Assembly (NCBI RefSeq): GCF_006345805.1 | Contig: NC_043006.1 | Location: 25,296,001-25,360,000 of the forward strand | Origin: Octopus sinensis | Taxonomy: Eukaryota | Length of the DNA stretch: 64,000 bases | Reading direction: 5' to 3' | In this document: positions 53,552 through 64,000 of the stretch, in pieces | Position numbering within the stretch: position 1 is the first letter of the stretch | Layout: each line of letters opens with the position of its first letter | Program-made: the position numbers and the translations under genes | Notes under the pieces: model-generated | Databases searched by the model: none | The model's input: the letters and a program-made list of their open reading frames with translations, nothing else | What the model was told of the DNA's origin: nothing

Positions 53552-54689
53552 TTAATTTAATTAACTATACAAATTCCACAAAAATTAGCCATGTGTGTAC
53601 TTGAATTTATATTATATTCTATTTTAAATTAGTTTATCATATTTTTACTGAATATTTGTAAATTCAAAAAATGTTCAGGGGGAAAATATATTCCATGACA
53701 GCATTCATTTTCTTACAGGCAAAATTCAGACTTTATTTCAGAAATAGGATGTTTAACAATCTGTTTTAACCATGCCATATAACTAGACTAATACAAATTT
53801 ACTACCAACCTTCCGCTTGGTTGTTTTTTTGTGATATTTCTGTACAAGAAAAATAATGAGCGATGCTGACCTTTCAGTTAGGATTGCTGGCTGCAGACTA
53901 TATTTTTGATCCCAACTGTTTCTTCAAATAGCTTAAAAGGCTACAAAATAGTAAACTATTAAAAATTTGTAATACTGTAAATGCCTTTAAATGCTATATC
54001 TCTATGTTCTTAGACACCATAAGCAAGGAATACGTAATTGTATGTGAAGCGGGTTGTTTAAAGGTTAGATAAGCTACAAGTTACTGTCAGCTTCCTAAAT
54101 TCTCATTATTTCATATTAACGGATGCTGTGCTGCAACGATGCATTTTTCATAAACTTACAATTATTTGACGACTTGCCAAAAAATATTTGAGATTTGAGG
54201 GTTTTCTCCAGGGAAACTAAAAACAAAAACACATTTCTTGTGTCCTAACTTCTTATATTAGTTACATCCAAGATGGAGTAGCTTACATTCATCAGTTGAT
54301 CTGCTAAAACTGTTACAAATAAAGGATGCATGCAACAAAAATGAAGTTGATAAATTGTACGAATTAATAGAAATTATCAAATAGAAGAGGGAGTGAAACA
54401 TCTTTGCTGAAATAGACTGCAAAATCACAGCAATCTTCCAGTATAGCCATAGCTATGTGTAAATAAAGTTTAGAGAGGATGTACTGAATGTTGTTTGCCA
54501 AAAGTTCTCAGTTAATTTACAGTGTGTTTTGTATACATTATTCAGTACATCACCCATTATCTGGATGCAAGCCATGGCCTACTTATGCTATTTCCCTAAG
54601 TCATTTTATAATCAATTATTTAGACTTGTTGGATTTTTAGAAGTTTTTTTTTATTTCTTTCATATTTTATGTAATTATACAGTTCTATA

Positions 54690-54950
54690 TGTAAGAGATG
54701 AGGAATTATGTACATTATTTACATTATTTACAATTGACGGATATTTGTCCTCATCTTGTTTGTTGTTGACACAACATTTTGGCTGATATACCCTCCAGCC
54801 TTCATCAGGTGTCTTGGGGAAATTTCGAACCTGGGTTCTCATTCCTAAGGTATTTTTCAATTTTGTTGTTATTATCATTCAGGTCACTGCTTGGAATTGA
54901 ACTCGAAATCTTGGGGTTAGTAACCCGCACTCTTAACCACTACGTCATAT
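54690..54950 (-). mobile_element. tRNA-headed SINE (family D) with a hammerhead-containing 3' region
   Basis: A box TGACGTAGTGG (54947-54937), B box GAGTTCAATTCC (54904-54893), then the hammerhead motif. An inverted 42-bp copy of its 3' region lies at 54957-54998. Confidence 0.8.
54768..54813 (-). ncRNA. Minimal type I hammerhead ribozyme fold (this copy probably inactive)
   Basis: GACAC-CTGATGA-A-GGCTG-gagggtatat-CAGCC-AAAAT-GTT-GTGTC. Stem I GACAC/GTGTC and stem II GGCTG/CAGCC both pair fully, and the CUGAUGA core is intact. The expected GAAAC reads AAAAT; both changes sit at positions that would be CpG in GAAAC. Confidence 0.7.
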
Positions 54951-55480
54951 ATCTATCAAACAAAATGAGGATAAATATCCGTCAATTGTAAATAATGTTT
55001 TATGTGATTGTTTGATTTCGTTTCTTAATTACTAGCACTATTGATTATCAAGATATTTTTTATATTGAGGCTCATGATACCTAGAATTTTATTTTCTAAA
55101 CAGAAAACAATTTTGAGATGTCACAGTCTTTTAACAAAGTTTAAAGTAATTCTTTATAACCTAGGCACACAAAAAGGGAGCATTGTTACACTGTCTTTTC
55201 TGTTAGTATTAGCAATGAACACACAAAGAAATGAAAATAAGAATGGTGAACTATGTTCTCTAACCAACATGATAGTACCCCACTATGAAACATTGACATA
55301 CAAGGGATCCTCTTCACATGATATACTTTTTAGAATGTAATTTGGTTCTTCTTTCAAATTTTGGAATAACATATTAATACAAATATATTTCGCATTTTAA
55401 GCAGTTGATCAAAATATATGTAGCTAGGATGTTTTATAAGTTAAATTGTATTTTGGAATTCTGTTGATGAAAAGACATAT

Positions 55481-55876
55481 ACTCTTTTACTTGTTTCAGT
55501 CATGTGACTGTGGCCATGCTGGAGCACCATCTTTAGTCAAACAAATCGACCCCAGGACTTATTCTTTGTAAGCCTAGTACTTAATCTATCGGTCTCTTTT
55601 GCCGAACTGCTAAGTTACAGGGACGTAAACACCCCCCCATCAGTTGTCAAGTGATGTTGGGGGGACAAACACAGACACACACAAACATATATATATACAT
55701 ATGCATATATATACGACGGGCTTCTTTCAGTTTCCGTCTACCAAATCCACTCACAAGGCTTTGGTTGGCCCGAGGCTATAGTAGAAGGCACTTGTCCAAG
55801 GTGCCACACAGAGGGACTGAACCCGGAACCATGTGGTTGGTAAGCAAGATACTTACCACACAGCCACTCCTGCGCC
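55481..55876 (-). mobile_element. Full-length SINE family A
   Basis: Reverse complement of 37249-37678. Confidence 0.92.
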
Positions 55877-56860
55877 TATATTAACTTCTTAAATTTTAAA
55901 TTAGAAACAACTCTAATAATATAAACATTTGTGTCACAAACTTAATGTATGTTTTGTTTATGTGCTTATTAGCTGCAAGATGTTAAGACACTGAATACTT
56001 CAAACTAGGGTAGAGGAGTCATCCTGTAGGTGAACAAGAATGGTGGATATTGATATTTTGCTGTTATTTCAGCTCAAGGGCATTATATATACCTGATTCA
56101 CTCTGAGACAAATTCATGAGGTATATATGCAGATAACATAAAATCTATCTGCTGATGTTCAACTGTGCTGCACAAGTAAAACAAAATTAAATTTTGAATT
56201 AGAAGCATCTTTAATAATATAAACATTACTGATGTCACATAGTTAATGTGTTTTGTTAATGTGTTTATTGGCTGCAGGATAGCATCAGAGGGGGGTGGGG
56301 ACCCTTTAAGACACAGACTGCTAAAAAAACACAGAATAGCTCAAACCAGAAAAAACAAATTACTGCATAGGTGAACAAGTGACATCAGTTATTTTGATAT
56401 TAACTTATAATTTCTGTAGGGAAAGGATTAAAATTTTATCTTTGAGTTTTTATACCGATTAAAAAAATAGTTCATCATTTGTAAATTAGCAATGTAAATA
56501 GTACTAGTTTTTTTTCTTTCTTCTACTAAAATGCTAAAATAGATAAGAAAAGCACATTTGATTCAAAGAACTTGAAGCAATTACAGAACTAGTATAATTC
56601 AGTGTTGTATGAATAATGATGTTGACAGAATGAATGGCATCCTACTGTCTTATGACCAGCTATCTTTCAAAGCTTATACTCCAAGTGAACAAAAGAAGAA
56701 AAAGTAACTAAATAAGATAACATGGAATGTGAAAATGCTAATCTTTGTTGTATTTCATCATTGGAGAACACCTTCTCCTTTCAAATGATTGTGTGTTCAT
56801 AGCACTCTTGATTTATTGGGTAAGGGACTTTGGGATGCTGATATTTTAACTTTGTTGCAT

Positions 56861-57073
56861 GTCTCCTCAGCCAAAGCTATCCCAGACCAATGAATCTAAA
56901 AAGTTTTGGCACCAGTTTATGGGATTCAGCTAACAAATTATTTGCTGATGTGTGCTGATGTCATATCAGCTGGCAGACATTAGCATGCATCAGCAAATAA
57001 TTTGTTCATTGAATCCTAGAAACAAAAACCAAGCATCTTGTTAGATTTGTTGATTTGGGATAGCTGAGGAGAC
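56861..57073. repeat. Degenerate fold-back element (~213 bp) with a 13-nt loop
   Basis: Outer arms GTCTCCTCAGC/GCTGAGGAGAC, a perfect 19-bp core AACAAATTATTTGCTGATG/CATCAGCAAATAATTTGTT, inner arms TGCTGATGTC/GACATTAGCA. Confidence 0.85.
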
Positions 57074-57914
57074 AACATAACTAGGTTTAAACACTTGTAT
57101 CCCAAAGTTCCATTATCCCAATAAATTGAGTGTGTTGTAGACACACATTTGTATGAAAGTTCTTCCCCAATGATGAAATACAACAGTAATTAGCAAATAC
57201 ACATTTGAAATTGCCAGAATTTTGATTCTCACTATAAATATGACAAGTTATTAAAAAGAGAAATAATTTCATTGTTAGTTGGTCCAGTTTTAAGAATATG
57301 ACCTCATTTAAGCCTAAAAAGGTTCTTTCTTATTTTTTTTTATTTTTCAAGCTATTTATTGTTATATATTTCAAGGTGTAAATGAATTACTTAACAAATT
57401 AGGTTGTAAGGGCACTATTTGGAGACTTCATATGTATTTAGGGCAAAATCAGTTGGATAGAGAACATTGTTTTTCAGCTCAAACTTATAGAAGGATGCAA
57501 ACTCAGCCTTTTATGTTAACAAAGTACTTGGGAATTAACTAATGTTCCTGTCACGTAGTGGTGAGCTGTACCACTTCATAATTGTTATTTACAGCCTGGT
57601 AGCAGGATTATTTAAGACATAAGTGTTTTAGGCATGGACACAATAGTACCAATGAGGAAATACAAATCATGGCCCTTTCAGGTGGTAGGCTAGCTCTAAC
57701 AGCAAGCTGTAGCTCGTATCTTTCATTGGATATAAATTTTGTTGTAGTATTCTTGTAATTGATAAAAAATTATGGGATTAAAGTTGGAAGTTTAAAAAAA
57801 ATATTACTAAAATGCTATATCACAATCACCTTACACTTTGCAAACGTTTGTATGATGAATGAAGCTTAGCATCAAGAATTCTGGCCTCCCTATATCTCAT
57901 ATCCTCCTCTTTGG

Positions 57915-58018
57915 AGGCTATAGTAGAAGGCACTTGTCCAAGGTGCCACGCAGTGGGACTGAACCCGGAACCATGTGGTTGGTAAACAAGCTACTTACCA
58001 CACAGCCACTCCTGCGCC
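57915..58018 (-). mobile_element. SINE family A head
   Basis: Reverse complement of the GGCGCAGGAGTGGCTGTGTGG...CTTCTACTATAGCC segment. Confidence 0.85.
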
Positions 58019-58609
58019 TATTATATATTAATTATGTATATTAATTATATATATATATAATTATATATATTATTTATATTAATTTAGTAATAATATTTTA
58101 ATGACAATAATTATTATTATTAAATACTACGGCTTTTCTTCTGTGCCGAAACTAGCTATATGGTGCATAAGCTTAGTTTACACTAGGGCTGCCCAATATC
58201 CATTTTGCACACCTGTTATGACCACCTACCCTCCCCCACCCCCACCATTTTAATTTGTACATTAACATTTTCACCTCGTACGTTTCATGTGCTGTGTATG
58301 TGAATACATATATTTTGAGCATACCCTTATAACCACTCCTTATAACCCTCATACAAGTGCCCTGGTGTGTGTCATATACAGTTGAATATTTAGACATTTA
58401 ATACTTAAACTGCCCTATGTAACCACCCTAATCTCATGCCCACTTGTTGGATCTTGCTCAAGATGTTGGACAAGATGGGGGAGACTGGTTCATTTTAATT
58501 CACCGAATAAACTCTATATCAAAGCTCTATGCAAGCTAGCAAGCATTTTTGCAGATCTTCGTTTCAGGTGATGACAAAATTTTCACAACTACCTTACCGC
58601 AACCACTTC

Positions 58610-60135
58610 CAAGTACTCAATCTCAGAGCTGCTACCATCAATGTTGGCACAGTGAAAGGAAGGAGGGGGAGATTGTTGAAATGTTAGAGGTCGCCATGTT
58701 GATGTGTGTGGTGTACGAGAAGTTAGATGGAGGGAAACCTCAGCTAGATTCTTCACGAGTAAGAGACAGGGATTCAAATTCTTCTGGGTTGGCAGAATAA
58801 TGGAGTGGGTGGAGTAGGCATACTGTTTGCAGAAAAGTGGATAGATATGGTAATTGAAGTGGTCAGAGTATGTGATAGGATAATTAAAATGAGACTTATC
58901 ATAGGTAAATTAACAGTTAAATTTATCTCTGCTTATGCCCTTCAGTCTGGGCTGTCTGATGAGCAGAAGGACCAATTCAATGAGATCCTTTTGCAGACCA
59001 CCTCAACAACAAATGACAGAGACGTTATTATTGTTCTTGTTTGTCCCCTCTATGTTTAGCCCCTTGTGGGCAATAAAGAAATAAAAGACGTTATTATTGC
59101 GGCTGGTGACTTCAGGAGACATGTTGGACAGCACCCCCATGGATTCCAGGGAGTGCATGGAGGCTATGGTTTTGGATCTAGAAATGAGGAGGGAACATGA
59201 TTGCTGGAGTTCTGTGATGCAAATGATCTCATGATCTGCAACACTAACTTCAAAAAACCAGCCAGCCACCTAATCACTTATCAGTCTGGTGAACACATAA
59301 GCCGAATTGACTACCTCCTCACCAGGCAATGAGATAGATGGATGCTTAAAAATGCAAAGTCTTTCCAAGGTGAAGAGTGGACAACCCAACTTAGGTTACT
59401 AGTTAGTGACTTCAGAATTAGAGCTAGAAAGACCCAGAGAAATAAGCCAATCTGGAAAAGAAGACTATGGAAGCTCAAAGACCCAGCAAACAGACAAAAA
59501 TTTAAAGATTTGCTAACGGAAGCTGCTGCAAAAGAGAGGAAGAGTTGGGGACATATAGCTTAGAGGACAACTGGAAGTTCTTGAGTGACAATCTACTGAG
59601 AGCTATGGATGAAATCTGTGATTGGTGTAGAGTCCCAGCTAAACCAAAGGTGACATGGTGTTGGAGCAAGGAGGCTGACAGTGTTATAAAAGCAAAGAGA
59701 TAGGCCTGGAAAGAATGGAAAAATGGTGGAAGCAGAGAATTATATCGGGTAGCCAAAAGGGTAGCTAGATGTCAGGTATACATAGCAAAAGGAGTAGCTG
59801 AAGTTAAGAGGTTTGCAAATGTCCTTCAACATGAGGATCAGAGGCATGAGGTGTTCAGGATTGCAAAGCAGTGTATCAGAAAATGGAGATGTGGTGGATG
59901 AGAAATGTGTGTGAATGGATAATGGTATGCTTGCACTTAGTGACTCAGAGAAGAAAGATGCTTGGGAGTGTCACTATAAAAGGTTACTGAATGTGGAAAA
60001 TGAATGGGAGAAGGAGAGTTTACCAAATATCAAACCAATTGAGGGAGAGGTGATAGTAGCATAATAGATAAGGCAGTTAAAGACATGAAGGCAGGGAAAG
60101 CTCCTGGGCCATCAAGAATCACTGCCAAACTATAT
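58610..60135 (+). mobile_element. RTE LINE 5' coding part (AP endonuclease and linker), degenerate
   Basis: LRAATINVGT, GGVGIL, ISAYA, AGDF-HVG, IDYLL and HEDQRHEVFRIAKQC motifs in broken frames. Confidence 0.9.
59034..59085 (+). mobile_element. 52-bp 3' tail of the family C SINE (or of its partner LINE) nested in the RTE
   Basis: 14-bp TSD AGACGTTATTATTG (59020-59033 and 59086-59099); insert matches about 32200-32260. Confidence 0.85.
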
Positions 60136-60139
60136 CTCT

Positions 60140-61140
60140 GCATCCCTTCCCTTCCTCACATTTCTGCTTCATGTACTATGATTACCTCCCACTCCCCAAT
60201 CTTGTCCTCTTGGCCCGGTACCACTATATCATTGCTCTCTGCTTACCCCTGACCTGTGCATTCTACCCACATGCCTTCTCCCATTCTATTATTGCTATTT
60301 GCTAGCCCCCAACCTGGGTGTTCCATTCACACAAGAAAACTTTCCCTCATCCTACCCCAACAAACCAATTTATATGTCTTTCTTGCATTTCCTCCTTCAT
60401 TCACTATGCCTAACTTTTACTCCCCAATCTTGTCCTTGTTCTTCACCCCTGTTACTCTGTATCCAGTAGCCCCTCACTCGCACTCTTAATCACACTTCCT
60501 TTGCAATATCCTGGCACTTGCCACTATCTGTATCTCTCCCTTCCTTTACTCAAACATCTCATTTATACTCTGATCCTCGTTCCTTGTGAGCATGTCCGGC
60601 ATTTTGCCACAATCTTCATCCTGTGGTTTCCCACTCACTCTTTCTCTCTCTCTCCTTCACTTCCCTCAGGTTGGGCAACTGTGTATTTTCTTTGCGGTAG
60701 TACACCTGTTTCTGTCTTCATTCCTGATCTTTCTCTCTCTGGCTGGATAATCTTGTACTTCCTCTTCAGCAAGACACCTATATCTGTCTCACTATAACCT
60801 TCTCATCATCACTTCCTCCAGTGTCTCCTCCCCTCTTAAAAGTTTTTGTCTTGCAAGTACTTGGTGATCCTGCCACTTAAAAGCATCCAGTCCACATTGT
60901 AAAGTGGTTGGTGTTCGGAAGGGCATCCAGCTGCAAAAACCTTGCCAAAACTGATCTCACTTGTGCTTGTTCCACATAAAAAGCACGAAGTCCACTCTGC
61001 TGAGTGGTTGGTGTTAGGAAGAGCATCCACCTGTAAAAATCCTGTCATAAGAGTCACAGAAGTCTGGTGCAGGCTTCAACCTGGCCAGCTCTTGTGGTAC
61101 CATCCCACCCATGCTAGCATGGAATACAGACGTTAAATGG
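60140..61140 (+). mobile_element. CT-rich 3' region plus RTE-type tail
   Basis: Follows the RTE coding part on the same strand and ends CATGCTAGCATGGAATACAGACGTTAAATG. Confidence 0.7.
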
Positions 61141-62270
61141 TCTCTGCACAGCCAAGGTCATGGCAATTTTGCAATCTATGGACTGTCTCAATAAACGCAG
61201 CAGTATAATATTCACCTGCAAACATCCGGCACTAAATCTATTCTCGAAATACAAATAATTACAACCCCACCCTGCTCCTGTCTCCCCATAACTCTCATTC
61301 TTTTTCCCACTCATCCACCCCCACTAGCACTTCCTATTAAACCAACAATATTCCCCCCCCCTTTTAATTCCTTAATTGTCAGTTACAATTTTCCATCTGT
61401 ATTTTTACTTACTACCTAAAATATTCTTCTCTCCTTATATTTCTACTCTTTCCTCCTTCTACCCCGTCCACCCATGAACATACAGGTACAGATGCTTACA
61501 TATACTTTCACCACTTCATTTTTTTTTTCTTGTACCAATTTACACATTTTGACTGTAAAACCACTAACTGTGCTTAAAACTCCCCACCCTACCTTGCTTT
61601 ATTCATACATACTTTCTTTTGTCTCTCACAACCAAAAATATTTCCCCACCCTCTCCCCTCCAATTTCTCTACTCTTCAAATGCCAATCCCACTACTGAAT
61701 TCTGTGATCAAGCTAAAACTACTATATTATCTACCAATTCCTCCTTTCTCCCACTCTCCTATATTTTATTTTATTTTAAAAAATTTATTTTTCTTTCTTC
61801 TTTCTTCCCTTCTATTACTTATTTCTCCCCAATATACTGTGCCCTCCACACATTCTGGTTGAATTTTTGCATCAACATGTACCTCTTTTTAACAATGTAG
61901 CCTTTAATCTAATCGAGATATCCTTGGCCTGAAGAGTAGCTGATGGTATGCACCTCACTTGAATTTTGCCACTTCTGAGGTTCCACTCGCTATGAAACAT
62001 ATGTAGCCTGGATTTCCCACACTCCATTCCATAACTTAGCTCTTTTATTCTTTTTCACACACTGGGCAAACCTGGTTGCCTACTGAGAAATATAAAAAGA
62101 AATTTTTTCTGCTCATTGTTCTTCTATGAAAGAAAAAAATCCACAACCTTCCATCTCAATAAACCACTATTGTTTCTGAAAGTTGTTTTTTTTTATATTC
62201 ATTATGGATTGCTTGAAGCTAACTTTCTTCCTTCACCTTGATCCCTGGATCTTACATTTTTATATATATA

Positions 62271-62780
62271 CTAGCAGTATTGCCCGGCTTTGCAAAATAG
62301 TTGCATTTAATTCAAAGCGTTAAAAATGTTATGAAAACAATTGGTATGTGTTCACACAGTCCAAACGATTAATACGAAAAAACCCTCTAGGCTACATCCC
62401 AAAAATTCATTTCTTTGCCAAATTTTTACAATGTTTACGCCGATTCGTTTTTATATCGTGATTTTTTATTTTTCATGCAATTTACGCATGCTTGCACGTG
62501 TGGTGAACAACAGTTCATGTCAAACAGCTGACTGAATAAAGTTCACTATACAATGCATGGGATAAACAAACACATTATCGATTTTTGCACTTGCGAGATG
62601 AATTTCGGAACAAATAGCACAGTTCAATTTTCATTCACCTAAACTTTAAGTGACCCATTTTTGGTGGTTCTACAATTTGTTGGCTAGGAGATGTGCCAGG
62701 AAGTTAAACACACAGACACACACTCAGATACACACACAGATACACATACAGACACACAAGTTGAGTTTTATATATATAGA
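62271..62780 (-). mobile_element. Non-autonomous Helitron
   Basis: Minus strand starts TCTATATATATAAAAC (62780) and ends GCCGGGCAATACTG-CTAG (62271); inserted between A and T with no TSD. Confidence 0.75.
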
Positions 62781-64000
62781 TATATATATATATGGCCTTG
62801 TTTTTTAAGTGTGTGTTGTCTGTATGTTGAAAGATACAGAAATACACATGCACACACAAAATAACTCTACCCCCCTTTCTCTCTCTTACACACACGCACA
62901 CACACATACATATATCTATACAAGACAATGATCATTACGTATTTTTCTTTTATTGGAGTAAATTTGGCTTACAGCTGTTTCCAGTAGTCATTATAGGTGT
63001 GTTACTGATAGGTTTACTCAGTTGGTCTGTTGATGAGTTGAGAAAAGTTGAGTGATCATTTCTGATTATAACAAAGCAGAACACTGAAGGAATGATACAC
63101 GGATGAGAGAGGTGGGAAGAAAAGAGGCAAGTGGAAGAGTGATAAAAAGGAAAGAGCAGGATAAGTGGACCGCAACCGGGGATTGACAGTGTGGAATGGT
63201 GAGTGATTATAACCTCAGACCTGCCACAAGAATACTTAGAGTTCTTTATCAATCTAGACAATATTGTTAGCCTGGTGTACTAACAGAGAGCTTATGAAGT
63301 ATTTTGCCCAGATTAATAATCTCTCTTAACTCTATTTTATTTATATATACACGTATATATATAGTAAGAAAAAGGGAGGAAGAGAATTTCGATTATCCCT
63401 ATGTGGTGAGTTGTAATGCAAAAAGTATATATATAAAATAAAAGAAGGAAAATGTACACAGTTTACATAGTTTTAATATATTTTATAAGTGAAAGAGTAT
63501 TGTGTTTGTTGGCTGGTTTTGCTTTCACTAATCATGACATTGAAATTATTTTAATTTTGTATTTTCTCAAGAAGATTTTAGTCCATGTTGTGTATGGGAG
63601 TTTGTGAATAAAATGAGTCAACAAGTAGAAAAATTTAAGGGAAGGTGATTGGTGATCATCATTATTATTTGGGACGGGGAAGGTAATTACTCATATTTTG
63701 GGGAGGCGATAAATAAATATACAAAAACTCAAAAGATGAATTATTTACAGTGATGGGTATGTGAACATGAATTAAAATATATACTGAAACCAAAGTTGGT
63801 TATGTGTTAATATTTAGGCGTGATCTGTATTATTTGATGGATAAATTTTCGTTATTTAAACGGTCTTGTACAGAAATAGTTTCTTTGCACTGGTAGATGG
63901 GGAAAACTGAAGTTTGGTTGGATATTACCTGCACATCTCTCTGTGTTCACTCAAAGGAATATGTCTGTCCTGTGGGAAACAGATTTGTTCCTTATGTTAA

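Noticed and set aside
62960-63020. GAAACAGCTGTAAG motif on the minus strand
   Set aside because: The stem II arms pair only partly and no CUGANGA core or stem I was found. Kept only as support for the 4613-4746 finding.
63100-63205. Purine-rich stretch ending in a donor-like ATG|GTGAGT
   Set aside because: No acceptor and no Par-3 exon 2 similarity in any frame.

Overview
AT-rich, repeat-dense animal genomic DNA. The SINE, LINE and MITE families look like those of an octopod cephalopod (Octopus-like; inferred, not database-checked). Two host-gene pieces are supported, both on the + strand. The first is the last coding exon of ANKZF1/Vms1 (387-504, C-terminal Cys/His treble-clef motif). The second is the first coding exon of the polarity gene par-3/PARD3 (27193-27312), whose next intron runs beyond the window end (>36 kb). 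The rest is intergenic or intronic DNA with tRNA-derived SINEs of at least four families, RTE, CR1/L2 and Penelope-like retroelement fragments, a degenerate Gypsy internal region, mariner and hAT relics, several MITEs, a non-autonomous Helitron, a U6 pseudogene and microsatellites. Best candidates for something new: (i) a tRNA-headed SINE carrying a minimal Penelope-type hammerhead ribozyme fold plus an inverted copy of its own 3' end (54690-54998), with a second degenerate hammerhead at 4613-4746; (ii) a U6/retroposon-tail chimera; (iii) a LINE/SINE shared 3' tail with a compensatory stem change; (iv) four uORFs in the par-3 leader, the last overlapping the start codon; (v) several long fold-back palindromes in the par-3 intron. 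Boundaries of degenerate repeats are approximate unless TSDs or TIRs are given.
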